From Candidatus Tenderia sp. (GTDB lineage: Bacteria > Pseudomonadota > Gammaproteobacteria > Tenderiales > Tenderiaceae): 20,747 nt of DNA. The stretch lies in the NCBI GenBank assembly GCA_031416075.1, contig JANOSY010000025.1:1-20747 (forward strand), written 5' to 3'. The position numbers and the translations under genes are program-made. The notes below the pieces were generated by a model, which was given only the letters and a program-made list of their open reading frames with translations, was not told where the DNA came from and did no database searches. Shown piece after piece: positions 8,894-19,158 of this stretch (the stretch's first letter is position 1; each line of letters opens with the position of its first letter).

Positions 8894-10021
8894 ATGTCAT
8901 ATCGTGCACAGTTAGGACGTTCGAAGCGCTGGGTTGTTAAGGTCGGCAGTTCGCTAGTCACCAATGATGGCCGTGGTTTGAACCACGAGATCATCGCCTC
9001 CTGGGTGGAGCAGATTGCGCTGCTGCGTCAATCTGGCGCGCAGGTGATACTGGTCTCCTCTGGTGCGGTGGCGGAGGGCATGAAACGCCTGGGCTGGAAG
9101 AGTCGCCCTCACGAGCTGCATCAGCTGCAGGCCGCCGCCGCCGTTGGACAGATGGGGCTGGTGCAGGCCTATGAGTCCTACTTTCAGCGTTTTGGTATCC
9201 ACACTGCCCAGGTGCTTTTGACTCACGAGGATCTCTCGGATCGCCGCCGCTATCTCAATGCCCGCAGTACCCTGCGGACGCTGCTTGATATGGGGGTGGT
9301 GCCGGTGATCAACGAAAATGATACCGTGGCGGTTGATGAAATTCGTTTTGGTGATAACGATACCTTGGCGGCGCTGGTGGGGAATCTGGTGGAGGCGGAG
9401 CTGCTGGTACTGCTGACGGACCAGATTGGCATGTACGAAAGTGACCCGCGCCAGAATCCCAATGCTGTTTTTATTAGTGAGCGCCAGGCGGGTGACCCTG
9501 ATCTTGTGCGAATGGCCTCCGGCGGGGGTGTTGGCTCGTTAGGTCGGGGTGGCATGGTGACTAAGGTGCGTGCTGCTGAGCGTGCCGCCCGTTCCGGCAC
9601 TGCAACGGTGATTGCGCCAGGGCGCGAGGCGGGTATTCTGCAGAAAATAGCGGCCGGTGAATCTGTAGGTACGCTATTAACCCCCGGTAGGCAGGTGTTG
9701 GCAGCGCGTAAGCAGTGGCTGGCGGATCACCTGCAGTTGCGTGGACGATTGGTGCTGGATGATGGAGCGGTGCGTGTTCTGCGTGAAGCGGGTAAGAGCC
9801 TGCTGGCGGTGGGTGTTACCGATGTGGTGGGTGATTTTGGCCGTGGTGAGGTGGTGGCCTGCGTGGCGGCTGACGGTACCGAGATCGCCCGCGGCCTGGT
9901 TAACTACAGTGCTGTTGAGAGCCGTAAGATCAAAGGGCAGCCCAGTGAGCGTATTGAGTCACTGCTGGGGTATATCGACGAGTCGGAGCTGATTCATCGC
10001 GACAATCTTGTGCTGACCTGA
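8894..10021 (+). CDS. proB: Glutamate 5-kinase with C-terminal PUA domain
   Basis: [35 protein letters not shown]; C-terminal LIHRDNLV. Confidence 0.97.
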   Translation: MSYRAQLGRSKRWVVKVGSSLVTNDGRGLNHEIIASWVEQIALLRQSGAQVILVSSGAVAEGMKRLGWKSRPHELHQLQAAAAVGQMGLVQAYESYFQRFGIHTAQVLLTHEDLSDRRRYLNARSTLRTLLDMGVVPVINENDTVAVDEIRFGDNDTLAALVGNLVEAELLVLLTDQIGMYESDPRQNPNAVFISERQAGDPDLVRMASGGGVGSLGRGGMVTKVRAAERAARSGTATVIAPGREAGILQKIAAGESVGTLLTPGRQVLAARKQWLADHLQLRGRLVLDDGAVRVLREAGKSLLAVGVTDVVGDFGRGEVVACVAADGTEIARGLVNYSAVESRKIKGQPSERIESLLGYIDESELIHRDNLVLT

Positions 10022-10043
10022 TGCTGTCTGGGGCGTTGGGTCA

Positions 10044-10076
10044 ATAAAAAGCCGACTATTTAGTCGGCTTTTTTAT
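10044..10076. terminator. Bidirectional Rho-independent terminator between convergent proB and rpsT
   Basis: ATAAAAAGCCGACTA-TT-TAGTCGGCTTTTTTAT. Confidence 0.9.
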
Positions 10077-10097
10077 CTATTCAGCGTGAATCTGTGA

Positions 10098-10361
10098 TCA
10101 GGCCATGGCCTTGATGTGCTGGTTCAGGCGGCTCTTATGGCGGGCAGCCTTGTTCATGTGAATGATGCCTTTGCGGGCCATATTGTCGATGACGGGCACG
10201 GCAACTTTGTAGGCTTCGGTAGCGATGTTCTTGTCACCAGTCGCGATTGCCTTGACGGCATTCTTGATGTGTGTGCGCAGTTTTGAGCGCAGGCTCGCAT
10301 TGTGTTGGCGATGGGCTTCCGATTGACGGACGCGTTTTTTAGCTTGTGCAGAGTTAGCCAA
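10098..10361 (-). CDS. rpsT: 30S ribosomal protein S20 (TTG start)
   Basis: [14 protein letters not shown]...[16 protein letters not shown]; GAGGAG RBS. Confidence 0.98.
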   Translation of the reverse strand: MANSAQAKKRVRQSEAHRQHNASLRSKLRTHIKNAVKAIATGDKNIATEAYKVAVPVIDNMARKGIIHMNKAARHKSRLNQHIKAMA

Positions 10362-10428
10362 AGTAAAACTCCTCGAGAATTCTGTGTTCAGTGCTGCCCC
10401 GGAAAGTCGAGGCGTTAATAAGGGCGAT

Positions 10429-10457
10429 AATATGATTGATTAATGTCCGATTGTCAA
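10429..10457 (-). promoter_or_regulatory. Sigma70 promoter of rpsT
   Basis: TTGACA-17 bp-CATATT on the minus strand. Confidence 0.7.
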
Positions 10458-10548
10458 ATGGTTTAGGAGTTATGGTTTGCTGTGGGGACGGAGTAGAATC
10501 CCCCTGCAGTCCAGTCTGGGCTGGTGGGTGGCAATTAAATAGGTGGTT

Positions 10549-12096
10549 ATGAGTAAAAAGCTGGTGAAGTCGACGGCCATCGTGGGGGTTATGACGCTGT
10601 TGTCGCGGCTCCTGGGGTTTGTGCGTGACATGGTGGTGGCGCGCCTGTTTGGTGCCGGTGCAGAGGCGGATGCCTTTTTTGTTGCCTTTAAAATACCCAA
10701 TCTGCTGCGGCGGCTGTTTGCTGAGGGCTCTTTTTCACAGGCGTTTGTGCCGGTGCTCTCTGAATATAGAACCCAGCGCAGCCATGACGAGGTAAAACGG
10801 TTAACCGATGATGTGGCCGGTACCTTTGGCGCGATTCTGCTGGTGATCACAGTGCTGGGGGTGGTGGCTGCGCCGGTATTGATCTTTCTGTTTGCCCCCG
10901 GTTTTGTCGATGAGGGAGAGAAGTTTGATCTTGCCTCATCGATGTTGCGCCTTACCTTCCCCTATATCTTTTTTATCTCCCTGACCGCCTTTGCGGGCAG
11001 CATCCTGAATACCTATGGCCGTTTTGGGGTGCCTGCGTTTACGCCGGTATTGATGAATCTCTCTCTGATCGGCTGCGCCATCTGGTTGGCACCACAGATG
11101 GATGAGCCGGTGATGGCGCTGGCGTGGGGGGTGTTTCTCTCCGGTGTGGTGCAGCTGCTGTTTCAGTTTCCTTTCCTGCGACGGTTGCACCTGTTGCCAC
11201 GGCCACGTTGGGGGAGTCAGGATGAGGGGGTGCGGCGGGTGATGCGGTTGATGGCCCCGGCGCTGTTTGGTTCGTCAGTAGTGCAGCTTAATATGCTGAT
11301 TAATACGGTGGTGGCGTCGTTTTTGGTGACGGGCAGTGTCTCCTGGCTCTACTATTCTGACCGACTGGTAGAATTCCCACTGGGGTTGCTGGGGGTGGCG
11401 CTGGCAACAGTGATTCTGCCCAATCTTTCGGAGCAGCATGCGGCAGAGTCACCGCAACGTTTTTCCTGTACCCTGGATTGGGCGCTGCGTTGGGTGGTGG
11501 TGGTGGGGACGCCCGCAACGGTGGGGCTGTTTATGCTGGCGGGACCGCTGCTGACGACGCTGTTTCAATATGATGCGTTTACGACCCATGATGCGGAGAT
11601 GGCAACAGCCAGCTTGAAGGCCTATGCCTTTGGATTGCTGGGGTTTATTCTGGTGAAGGTGTTGGCACCGGGGTTTTTTGCCCGCCAGGATGTAAAGACC
11701 CCTGTTCGTATTGGCGTGATTGCGATGGCCGCCAACCTGCTGCTGAATCTGTTACTGGTCTGGCCGTTGGCCCATGTTGGGCTGGCATTGGCCACTTCAA
11801 TGGCGGCCTTTATCAATGCGGCGTTGCTCTATCGCGTTTTGCGGCGTGAAGGGATTTATACCCCGGAGCCGGGGTGGTCCCGGTTACTGTTGCAGGTGGC
11901 GCTGGCCAACGGGGTGATGGCGCTGCTGCTCTGGTGGGGCGCCAGTGATCTGGCAGCCTGGTTTGCATGGGGCGGTGGGGTGCGTGCCAGACAGCTGCTG
12001 GTATGGGTGGGGGCGGGGGCTGTGGTTTATCTGCTGGTATTGTTGTTGTTGGGGGTGAGGTTTCGTACTCTTTGGCAAAGTCGGGTGGATGAGTAG
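10549..12096 (+). CDS. murJ: Lipid II flippase MurJ (MviN)
   Basis: TLLSRLLGFVRD, AFKIPNLLRRLFAEG, YYSDRLVEFPLG; many TM segments; synteny rpsT-murJ-ribF. Confidence 0.97.
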   Translation: MSKKLVKSTAIVGVMTLLSRLLGFVRDMVVARLFGAGAEADAFFVAFKIPNLLRRLFAEGSFSQAFVPVLSEYRTQRSHDEVKRLTDDVAGTFGAILLVITVLGVVAAPVLIFLFAPGFVDEGEKFDLASSMLRLTFPYIFFISLTAFAGSILNTYGRFGVPAFTPVLMNLSLIGCAIWLAPQMDEPVMALAWGVFLSGVVQLLFQFPFLRRLHLLPRPRWGSQDEGVRRVMRLMAPALFGSSVVQLNMLINTVVASFLVTGSVSWLYYSDRLVEFPLGLLGVALATVILPNLSEQHAAESPQRFSCTLDWALRWVVVVGTPATVGLFMLAGPLLTTLFQYDAFTTHDAEMATASLKAYAFGLLGFILVKVLAPGFFARQDVKTPVRIGVIAMAANLLLNLLLVWPLAHVGLALATSMAAFINAALLYRVLRREGIYTPEPGWSRLLLQVALANGVMALLLWWGASDLAAWFAWGGGVRARQLLVWVGAGAVVYLLVLLLLGVRFRTLWQSRVDE

Positions 12097-12177
12097 GCGA
12101 TTGTTCCCGTTGCTGCGCCAAGGTGTCATATAATGCCCCTCTTTTGTCGCTGGATATTGGCGCATTTGTGAGTTGAG

Positions 12178-13107
12178 ATGGAACTGATTCGCGGTTTTCG
12201 TAACCTGCAACCCCGTCATCGTGGCTGTGTGGTGACTATCGGTAACTTTGATGGGGTCCATCTTGGTCATCAGGCAGTCCTGGGGCAGCTGGCAGGGGCG
12301 GCGCGGCGGCTGACATTGCCGACGGTGGTGGTTACCTTTGAGCCGCAGCCGCAGGAGTATTTTGGTGCGGCAGCGTTGGCCCCGCGGTTGACCCGTCTGC
12401 GGGAGAAGCTACAGGCGTTGCGGCGTTACGCGGTGGATCGGGTTGTCTGTCTGCCATTTAATGCCGAGTTGGCACAGCTTTCGGCACAACAGTTTATCGA
12501 ACGGCTGTTGATAACGGGGCTGGCGGTGCGTTATCTGGTGGTGGGGGATGATTTCCGCTTTGGCCGGGGGCGCGAAGGCGATTTTGCCATGCTCAAGGCC
12601 GCGGGACAGCAGCATGGTTTTCAGGTGGTGAGCATGCACAGCTTCTGTGTGGATGGTGAGCGTGTTAGCAGCACCCGGGTGCGTGAGGCGCTGGGGCGTG
12701 GCGAGATGGCAACGGCGGCAAAGTTGTTGGGGCGCGATTATCGCATGAGTGGCCGGGTGGCACGGGGTGAGCAGTTGGGGCGTCAGCTCGGTTTTCCTAC
12801 CGCCAATATCCATCTGCATCGTCAGGCGATACCGGTGGGTGGTGTGTTTGCGGTGGAGATGTTTGGTATTGAGGGTGAGCCGCTGGCGGGGGTTGCCAAC
12901 GTCGGTGTACGCCCCACGGTGGATGGCTCCCGCACCTTGCTGGAGGTACATCTGTTTGATTTTGATCAACAGATCTATGGCCGGTATGTCGAGGTGGTAT
13001 TCCTGCACAAGCTGCGTGATGAGGTCCGTTTTGCCTCGCTCGACGCCCTAAAGCAGCAGATAGGATTGGATGCAGTGGCTGCGCGTGACTACTTTACGCG
13101 GCGCTGA
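12178..13107 (+). CDS. ribF: Bifunctional riboflavin kinase / FAD synthetase
   Basis: TIGNFDGVHLGHQ, VSSTRVR, GRQLGFPTAN, LEVHLFDF. Confidence 0.98.
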   Translation: MELIRGFRNLQPRHRGCVVTIGNFDGVHLGHQAVLGQLAGAARRLTLPTVVVTFEPQPQEYFGAAALAPRLTRLREKLQALRRYAVDRVVCLPFNAELAQLSAQQFIERLLITGLAVRYLVVGDDFRFGRGREGDFAMLKAAGQQHGFQVVSMHSFCVDGERVSSTRVREALGRGEMATAAKLLGRDYRMSGRVARGEQLGRQLGFPTANIHLHRQAIPVGGVFAVEMFGIEGEPLAGVANVGVRPTVDGSRTLLEVHLFDFDQQIYGRYVEVVFLHKLRDEVRFASLDALKQQIGLDAVAARDYFTRR

Positions 13108-13136
13108 GAAATATTAACGTTTATCTAGAGTGACTC

Positions 13137-16019
13137 ATGGCTGACTACAAACACACCTTGAACCTGCCCAACACCGACTTCCCCATGAAGGCGAGCCTGC
13201 CCAATCGTGAGCCGGCGATGGTGAAGCAGTGGCAGGAGAATGACCTCTATGGCAAGCTGCGCGCCAAAGGCGCGGGCCGCAAAACGTTTATTCTGCATGA
13301 TGGTCCGCCCTACGCCAACGGCCAGATCCACATTGGCCACGCGGTAAACAAGGTGTTGAAGGACATCATCGTTAAATCAAAGACCATGAGTGGTTTTGAT
13401 GCGCCCTATGTGCCGGGCTGGGATTGCCACGGTCTGCCGATCGAGCTGCAGGTGGAGAAGAAGATCGGCAAGGCCGGCCACAAGGTGGATGCCAAAACCT
13501 TCCGCAACGCCTGTCGTGACTACGCCGGCAAACAGGTCGATCTGCAGCGCGAAGATTTCAAGCGCCTTGGGGTGATTGGTGACTGGGACAATCCCTATCT
13601 CACCATGGATTTTAAGTTCGAAGCCGATATCGTGCGCAGTCTGGGGCGCATCGTCAACAACGGCCATCTGCACAAGGGCAGCAAGCCGGTGCACTGGTGT
13701 ACCGATTGCGGTTCGGCACTGGCGGAGGCGGAGGTTGAGTATGAAGACAAGGTCTCGCCTTCTATCGACGTGCGTTTCAGCGTGCTCGATGATGCCGCCC
13801 TCATGCAGCGCTGCCATCACGTTGAGGATCACGAAGGCAGAGGCCCCATCTCGGTGGTGATCTGGACCACCACCCCCTGGACACTGCCCGCCAATCAGGC
13901 GATCTGTCTCAATCCAGAACTCGACTACGCCGTGGTGCAGTGTGAGGGCGAACATGGTGCCGAGCGGCTGGTGATGGCCGAGACGCTGCTCAAGGATGCC
14001 ATGGGGCGCTACGGGTTTGATAACCATCGTGTGGTCGCCTACTGCAAGGGCAGTGAGCTGGAAGGGTTGATGCTGGCCCATCCGTTTTATGACCGTGAAG
14101 TGCCGATCATTCTCGGTGACCATGTCACCACCGATGCCGGTACTGGCGCGGTGCATACCGCCCCCGGTCATGGCCAGGATGACTATGTGGTCGGTCGCCG
14201 TTACAACCTCAAGGTGGATAACCCCGTGGGTAGTGATGGCCGTTTCCTGCCCAACACCGAGTTTTTTGCCGGTGAACATGTCTTCAGTGCCAACGACCAC
14301 GTGGTTGAGGTGTTGAAGACCAACGGCAAGCTGGTGCGTGCCGCCGCGTTGAAACATAGCTATCCACACTGCTGGCGCCACAAGACGCCGATCATCTTCC
14401 GCGCCACGCCGCAGTGGTTTATCCGCATGGACGCGGTGTATCCCGGTGCCGTCGGGAACGAGCACCGGGGAATCAGCATGGAGCAGAAGGGGCTGCGTGG
14501 GCAGGCGCTGGACGCCATCAAAAACTCCAAGTGGCTGCCCGATTGGGGGCAGGCCCGTATTGAAGGCATGGTGGAAAAACGCCCCGACTGGTGTGTCTCT
14601 CGTCAGCGTACCTGGGGTGTACCAATGGCGCTGTTTGTGCACAAAGAGACGGGCATGCTCCATCCGCGTACTGCTGAACTGATTGAAGCGGTGGCGTTAC
14701 GTATTGAGCAGGGTGGTGTTGATGCTTGGTTTGAGATGGATGCTGCCGAGCTGCTGGGTGATGAGGCGGCGCACTACGACAAGGTCAGCGATACGCTCGA
14801 TGTCTGGTTTGACTCGGGTGTTACCCATGCTGCCGTGCTGGAGCGTCGTCCTGAACTCGGACTGCCTGCGGATCTCTATCTGGAAGGTTCGGACCAGCAT
14901 CGCGGCTGGTTCCAGTCATCACTGCTCTCTGCTGTTGCCATGCGTGGTGTCGCCCCTTACAAGGCGGTGCTGACCCACGGCTTCACCGTTGATGCGAAGG
15001 GCGAAAAGATGTCCAAATCCAAGGGCAACATCGTCGCACCACAGACGGTGGCCAACTCGCTGGGTGCGGATATTCTGCGACTCTGGGTGGCGGCGACCGA
15101 CTACCGCGCCGAGATGAGTGTCTCTGATGAGATACTGAAACGCACCGCCGACGCTTACCGTAGATTGCGCAATACCGCCCGCTTCCTGCTCGCCAATATC
15201 GACGGTTTCGATCCGGCACAGCACATGGTCAAACCGGAAGAGATGCTGGCACTGGACCGCTGGGTGGTGGCGCGTGCCAATGAGTTACAGGGCGAGGTGC
15301 AGGCCGCCTACGAGAGTTATGAATTTCACCTCATCTATCAGAAGGTGCACAACTTCTGTGCCGTCGATCTGGGCGGTTTCTATCTCGACATCGTCAAGGA
15401 TCGCCAGTACACCACCCAGTCTGACAGCGTGGCGCGGCGCTCCTGCCAGACGGCGATGTATCACATCATCGAGGCGATGACACGCTGGCTGGCGCCGATC
15501 CTCTCTTTTACCGCTGAGGAGATCTGGGGCAACATCCCCGGCGCCCGTGGCGAGTCGGTCTTCCTCGATACCTGGTATGTACTGCCAACAGTGACCGATG
15601 ATGTGCTCGGCGCCCCGTTCTGGGAGCAGGTGTTGCAGGTGCGTGAAGTGGTGAAAAAAGAGCTGGAGAAGCTGCGTGTCGCCGGTGGTATCGGCGGCTC
15701 ACTTGATGCCGAGGTCGAACTCTACTGCGGCAGTGAACTCAAGTCGCAACTGGCGCAGCTCGGTGATGAGTTGCGTTTTGTGCTGATCACCTCGGCGGCG
15801 CGTGTCCACGGCACCACGGTGGTGCCTGATGAGGCGGTGCATTACACACTCGAATCGAACGACGAGCTGTGGGTTGCTGTCGCACCCTCGGCCCACACTA
15901 AGTGTGTGCGCTGCTGGCACCATCGTGACGATATTGGCAGCAATAGTGACCACCCCGAACTGTGTGGTCGTTGCATTGAGAATGTGGAGGGTGCCGGTGA
16001 GCAGCGTCGTTATGCCTAA
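13137..16019 (+). CDS. ileS: Isoleucine--tRNA ligase (type 1)
   Basis: HIGH (ANGQIHIGH), GWDCHGLP, editing motifs WTTTPWT and [18 protein letters not shown]-terminal CVRC..CGRC zinc finger. Confidence 0.99.
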   Translation: MADYKHTLNLPNTDFPMKASLPNREPAMVKQWQENDLYGKLRAKGAGRKTFILHDGPPYANGQIHIGHAVNKVLKDIIVKSKTMSGFDAPYVPGWDCHGLPIELQVEKKIGKAGHKVDAKTFRNACRDYAGKQVDLQREDFKRLGVIGDWDNPYLTMDFKFEADIVRSLGRIVNNGHLHKGSKPVHWCTDCGSALAEAEVEYEDKVSPSIDVRFSVLDDAALMQRCHHVEDHEGRGPISVVIWTTTPWTLPANQAICLNPELDYAVVQCEGEHGAERLVMAETLLKDAMGRYGFDNHRVVAYCKGSELEGLMLAHPFYDREVPIILGDHVTTDAGTGAVHTAPGHGQDDYVVGRRYNLKVDNPVGSDGRFLPNTEFFAGEHVFSANDHVVEVLKTNGKLVRAAALKHSYPHCWRHKTPIIFRATPQWFIRMDAVYPGAVGNEHRGISMEQKGLRGQALDAIKNSKWLPDWGQARIEGMVEKRPDWCVSRQRTWGVPMALFVHKETGMLHPRTAELIEAVALRIEQGGVDAWFEMDAAELLGDEAAHYDKVSDTLDVWFDSGVTHAAVLERRPELGLPADLYLEGSDQHRGWFQSSLLSAVAMRGVAPYKAVLTHGFTVDAKGEKMSKSKGNIVAPQTVANSLGADILRLWVAATDYRAEMSVSDEILKRTADAYRRLRNTARFLLANIDGFDPAQHMVKPEEMLALDRWVVARANELQGEVQAAYESYEFHLIYQKVHNFCAVDLGGFYLDIVKDRQYTTQSDSVARRSCQTAMYHIIEAMTRWLAPILSFTAEEIWGNIPGARGESVFLDTWYVLPTVTDDVLGAPFWEQVLQVREVVKKELEKLRVAGGIGGSLDAEVELYCGSELKSQLAQLGDELRFVLITSAARVHGTTVVPDEAVHYTLESNDELWVAVAPSAHTKCVRCWHHRDDIGSNSDHPELCGRCIENVEGAGEQRRYA
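14421..14482. repeat. Palindromic 51-bp in-frame insertion within ileS flanked by imperfect 11-bp direct repeats
   Basis: ATCCGCATGGA (14421) and ATCAGCATGGA (14472); internal stem CCCGGTGC...GCACCGGG. Confidence 0.7.
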
Positions 16020-16032
16020 GAGTGAGGTTTCT

Positions 16033-16542
16033 ATGTTGCGTTGGGTGTGGCTCTCCGTGGTGGTGATTGTGCTGGACCAGCTCACCAAATACTGGGCCGA
16101 CAGCCAGTTGCAGCTCTATCTGCCGCAACAGGTGGTGACGGGGTTTAACCTCACACTCTCCTACAATCCCGGCGCCGCGTTCAGTTTTCTGGCCGATGCT
16201 GGTGGCTGGCAGCGCTGGTTCTTTGTTGTCTTGGCACTGGGGGTGGCGACGTTTATAGTCGGCTGGCTCATGCGCCTTACACAAAATGAACGCTGGATGG
16301 CCATTGCGCTAACACTGATCCTGGGCGGCGCGGTTGGCAACGTCATCGATCGTGCCTATTTTGGTCATGTGATCGACTTTATTCAGGTGTTTTATGTTGC
16401 TGATAGTTGCTTGCCTCTATTTAGTCAGGGGGGTAGCGGATGCTATTTTCCTACCTTCAATATCGCCGACTCGGCCATCTGCATTGGTGCCGTGATGATG
16501 GTCATCGATAGTCTACGCGGACATAAAAAGGCCGCGTCCTGA
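16033..16542 (+). CDS. lspA: Lipoprotein signal peptidase II
   Basis: [40 protein letters not shown]; GAGG RBS before ATG 16033. Confidence 0.96.
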   Translation: MLRWVWLSVVVIVLDQLTKYWADSQLQLYLPQQVVTGFNLTLSYNPGAAFSFLADAGGWQRWFFVVLALGVATFIVGWLMRLTQNERWMAIALTLILGGAVGNVIDRAYFGHVIDFIQVFYVADSCLPLFSQGGSGCYFPTFNIADSAICIGAVMMVIDSLRGHKKAAS

Positions 16543-16564
16543 ACCGCTACACTGGAGTTTTTGT

Positions 16565-17500
16565 ATGACTGTTCTGCTTGCCAATCCCCGTGGTTTTTGT
16601 GCTGGTGTTGATCGCGCCATCGGTATCGTTGAGCGTGCCCTGGAACTCTTCGGCGCCCCCATCTATGTGCGTCATGAAGTGGTGCACAACAAATTTGTGG
16701 TGGATGGACTGCGTGAACGGGGGGCAGTCTTTGTGGATGAGCTGGAGGATGTGCCGGACGACGCCACCATCATCTTCAGCGCCCACGGCGTCTCCAAAGC
16801 GGTGTGGGAGGAGGCGAAGCGGCGCAAGCTCAAGGTCTTTGACGCCACCTGTCCGCTGGTGACCAAGGTCCATCTCGAAGTGGCCCGTTTTGCCCAGGAT
16901 GGTCGTGAAGTGGTGCTGATTGGCCATGCCGGTCATCCTGAAGTGGAAGGCACCATGGGGCAGTACCGCAGCAAGGAGGGGAGCGGTGGTGTCTATCTGG
17001 TCGAGACCCCGGTGGATGTGGCGCAGCTGGAGGTTAAGGATCCCGAGCGGCTCGCCTTTGTCACCCAGACCACCCTTTCTGTGGATGAGACCCAGGATAT
17101 TATTACCGCCCTGAAAATGTGCTTTCCCAAGATCGAAGGGCCGCGCAAGGATGATATCTGCTACGCCACCCAGAACCGCCAGGATGCCGTGAAAGATCTG
17201 GCACCACGCTGCGAACTGATACTGGTGGTAGGGTCGCCCAATAGCTCCAACTCTAACCGCCTGCGGGAAATTGCAATCAAGCTGGGTGCCAAGGCCCATC
17301 TGATCGACAACGCAGGTGAGATTCGTCGCAGCTGGCTGGAAGGTGTGACTACGGTGGGTGTAACCGCCGGCGCCTCCGCCCCCGAAGTGTTGGTTAGTGA
17401 AGTGGTGGCGCAGCTGCAAGCCTGGGGTGTTGGCAACGTCGAACAGATCCAGGGTCGTGAAGAGAATGTGGTGTTTGCGCTGCCCAAGGGGTTGCAGTAG
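16565..17500 (+). CDS. ispH: 4-hydroxy-3-methylbut-2-enyl diphosphate reductase
   Basis: [47 protein letters not shown]. Confidence 0.98.
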   Translation: MTVLLANPRGFCAGVDRAIGIVERALELFGAPIYVRHEVVHNKFVVDGLRERGAVFVDELEDVPDDATIIFSAHGVSKAVWEEAKRRKLKVFDATCPLVTKVHLEVARFAQDGREVVLIGHAGHPEVEGTMGQYRSKEGSGGVYLVETPVDVAQLEVKDPERLAFVTQTTLSVDETQDIITALKMCFPKIEGPRKDDICYATQNRQDAVKDLAPRCELILVVGSPNSSNSNRLREIAIKLGAKAHLIDNAGEIRRSWLEGVTTVGVTAGASAPEVLVSEVVAQLQAWGVGNVEQIQGREENVVFALPKGLQ

Positions 17501-17513
17501 GGCGGGTTACCGC

Positions 17514-17966
17514 TCACTCTGAATGTTGTTGTAACCAGCGTCGCCCCTGATCGGTCAGCCGATATCTCTGCAAACGGCTGTTGGGTTTGCCCGGCAGCGT
17601 CATCTCAATCAACCCATCCGCCAATGCCGGGACCAGATAGCGTTCCCGGAACGATTTTCGATCCTGCAAACCAAGGACTCCCTGGATCTCCTCACGGGCC
17701 ATTTCACCCGTAAGCACTTCCAGCAGTCGTGCGACTTGGGGGGTAACTTGAGGTTCGACTTGAGGGGTGGCGGTTGAAGTCACAGCCTCAAGAACCATCC
17801 TCAGCATGAATTCGATAAAGGGCGCAGATTCCGTTTGGGAGGTAGCGCGTTGCAGCGCCTGGTAATACTCCGTCTGATGTTCATGTACCAAACTTTCGAC
17901 CGGGATATGGGCAAACAGAGGACTCCAGCGGGTCAGAATTAAGGTCTGCCCCATCCGGCCATTGCA
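17514..17966 (-). pseudogene. Fic-family protein remnant (C-terminal part with wHTH)
   Basis: In-frame (C)NGRMG-QTLIL just upstream of and through the ORF start is the tail of the HPFxDGNGR motif. TPQV repeats and C-terminal PGKPNSRLQRYRLT are typical of this Fic subfamily. The N-terminal part is missing. Confidence 0.8.
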
Positions 17967-17976
17967 TACACACTGC

Positions 17977-19158
17977 TCAACCTACCAACCGAGCCGTCTC
18001 CGGGTCATAAATCACCTCGGTAATCGACCCATCCCGAATGCGCCGAACCGCTTCGTCAATCACATGTAGCGGCACCAGGAACCACTCCCTCGGCTTGACC
18101 GGATTTCCGAAGCGGTCCTCGATGGTCAAGTCGAGCTGTGCTGCTCCGAACAAGCGATGGAAGATGTTTTCCAGTTTGGTGCGGTTCAGGTTGTGGAGTG
18201 TGTAGATGGCGACCACTTCCACACCGGCCAACAGATAGGTGGCATCCTTTTCTGCGCCAGCGATGCGAGACTCCACCTTACCTCCGGTCACACCGATCTT
18301 GTGGATCAGTTCACGGTGCTCGGCGACAAATGGATGGCTAGACAGGCTGCGCAGCACATAGATGGTTCCGGTTTCAATGTCGTCTGGCTCAGGCGCATCG
18401 CCAAACAGCGGTCCCATGTCTGGGTCGGTCAGGCGGCGGCCGGTCTCGTCTTTGTAGAGCGCCCGTTGTAGAGAGCGGCGCAGCAAGTTGCTTTCTGTGC
18501 CGTTGGCGTAGATGACGCGCAGACGTGCATCACTTTCACCGTTCGGAGCCTTGATGGTTTCACCAACTTCGGCAACATACGCAAGCTGGCCGCCGACGAT
18601 GAAGTAGTTCCCGCTGGCAATACTGGTATCGCGTCCAAAGCGCAGCGTTATGCGAACACCAGCCTTCAACTCCCGCTCCACCTGCTCAAACAGCGGTTGG
18701 AACTTGTCAAAATCTGCACACGGCGTACGGTCGGCAATTTCCTCTGCCGCACGCTTTTCAACGCTAGAACGTACATATCGCAACACAGTGATGTCGTCCT
18801 GGTCAGTGGGTTTATCGCCAATACCCAATTCGGCAAGCAAGGCATCTTCGTCCAGGTCATCCACATCTGGCTGAGCCGCTGCCGCACCAGACAACAAGCC
18901 GGGGCCATCCAGCCCAGCCAGTAAAGTTTGCGCTTCCGGCAACTTGCGTAGCTGATCCAGGCGCACAGCATACAGGCGCTCGAAGATGTCACGCCCCTCG
19001 CCATGCAGCGGGGCGCGACCATACGCTTGATGGAATCGCAGGATGTCCTCAAATCCCGCGATGATGCGTTCCTCGTGCGGGGTTCGGCTGGAGGCCTTAA
19101 GCGGGGCGACTTCTACACCCAGCGCATCCAGCAGTTCGTCATCGTCCATTTCAGCCAT
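17977..19158 (-). CDS. YeeC-like GIY-YIG / T5orf172-domain nuclease
   Basis: GTIYVLRS..HKIGVT..RI..LENIFHRLF..REWF pattern. AAGGAG RBS; ATG 19158 overlaps the helicase stop (ATGGCTGA). Confidence 0.85.
   Translation of the reverse strand: MAEMDDDELLDALGVEVAPLKASSRTPHEERIIAGFEDILRFHQAYGRAPLHGEGRDIFERLYAVRLDQLRKLPEAQTLLAGLDGPGLLSGAAAAQPDVDDLDEDALLAELGIGDKPTDQDDITVLRYVRSSVEKRAAEEIADRTPCADFDKFQPLFEQVERELKAGVRITLRFGRDTSIASGNYFIVGGQLAYVAEVGETIKAPNGESDARLRVIYANGTESNLLRRSLQRALYKDETGRRLTDPDMGPLFGDAPEPDDIETGTIYVLRSLSSHPFVAEHRELIHKIGVTGGKVESRIAGAEKDATYLLAGVEVVAIYTLHNLNRTKLENIFHRLFGAAQLDLTIEDRFGNPVKPREWFLVPLHVIDEAVRRIRDGSITEVIYDPETARLVG

Noticed and set aside
12101-12134. Internal ribF promoter (TATAAT at 12129)
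   Set aside because: No convincing -35 hexamer at 16-18 bp spacing; not supportable from sequence alone.
13377-14663. 428-aa antisense ORF inside ileS (likewise 16547-17419, 12409-13008, 7589-8263)
   Set aside because: Shadow ORFs opposite well-conserved genes, expected from GC-rich codon bias; no recognisable motifs.
15802-16032. Long N-terminal extension of LspA in the ORF track (similarly for rplU, obgE, ispB and the nuclease)
   Set aside because: These overlap upstream genes or promoters; downstream ATGs fit family N-termini and, in most cases, RBS positions.
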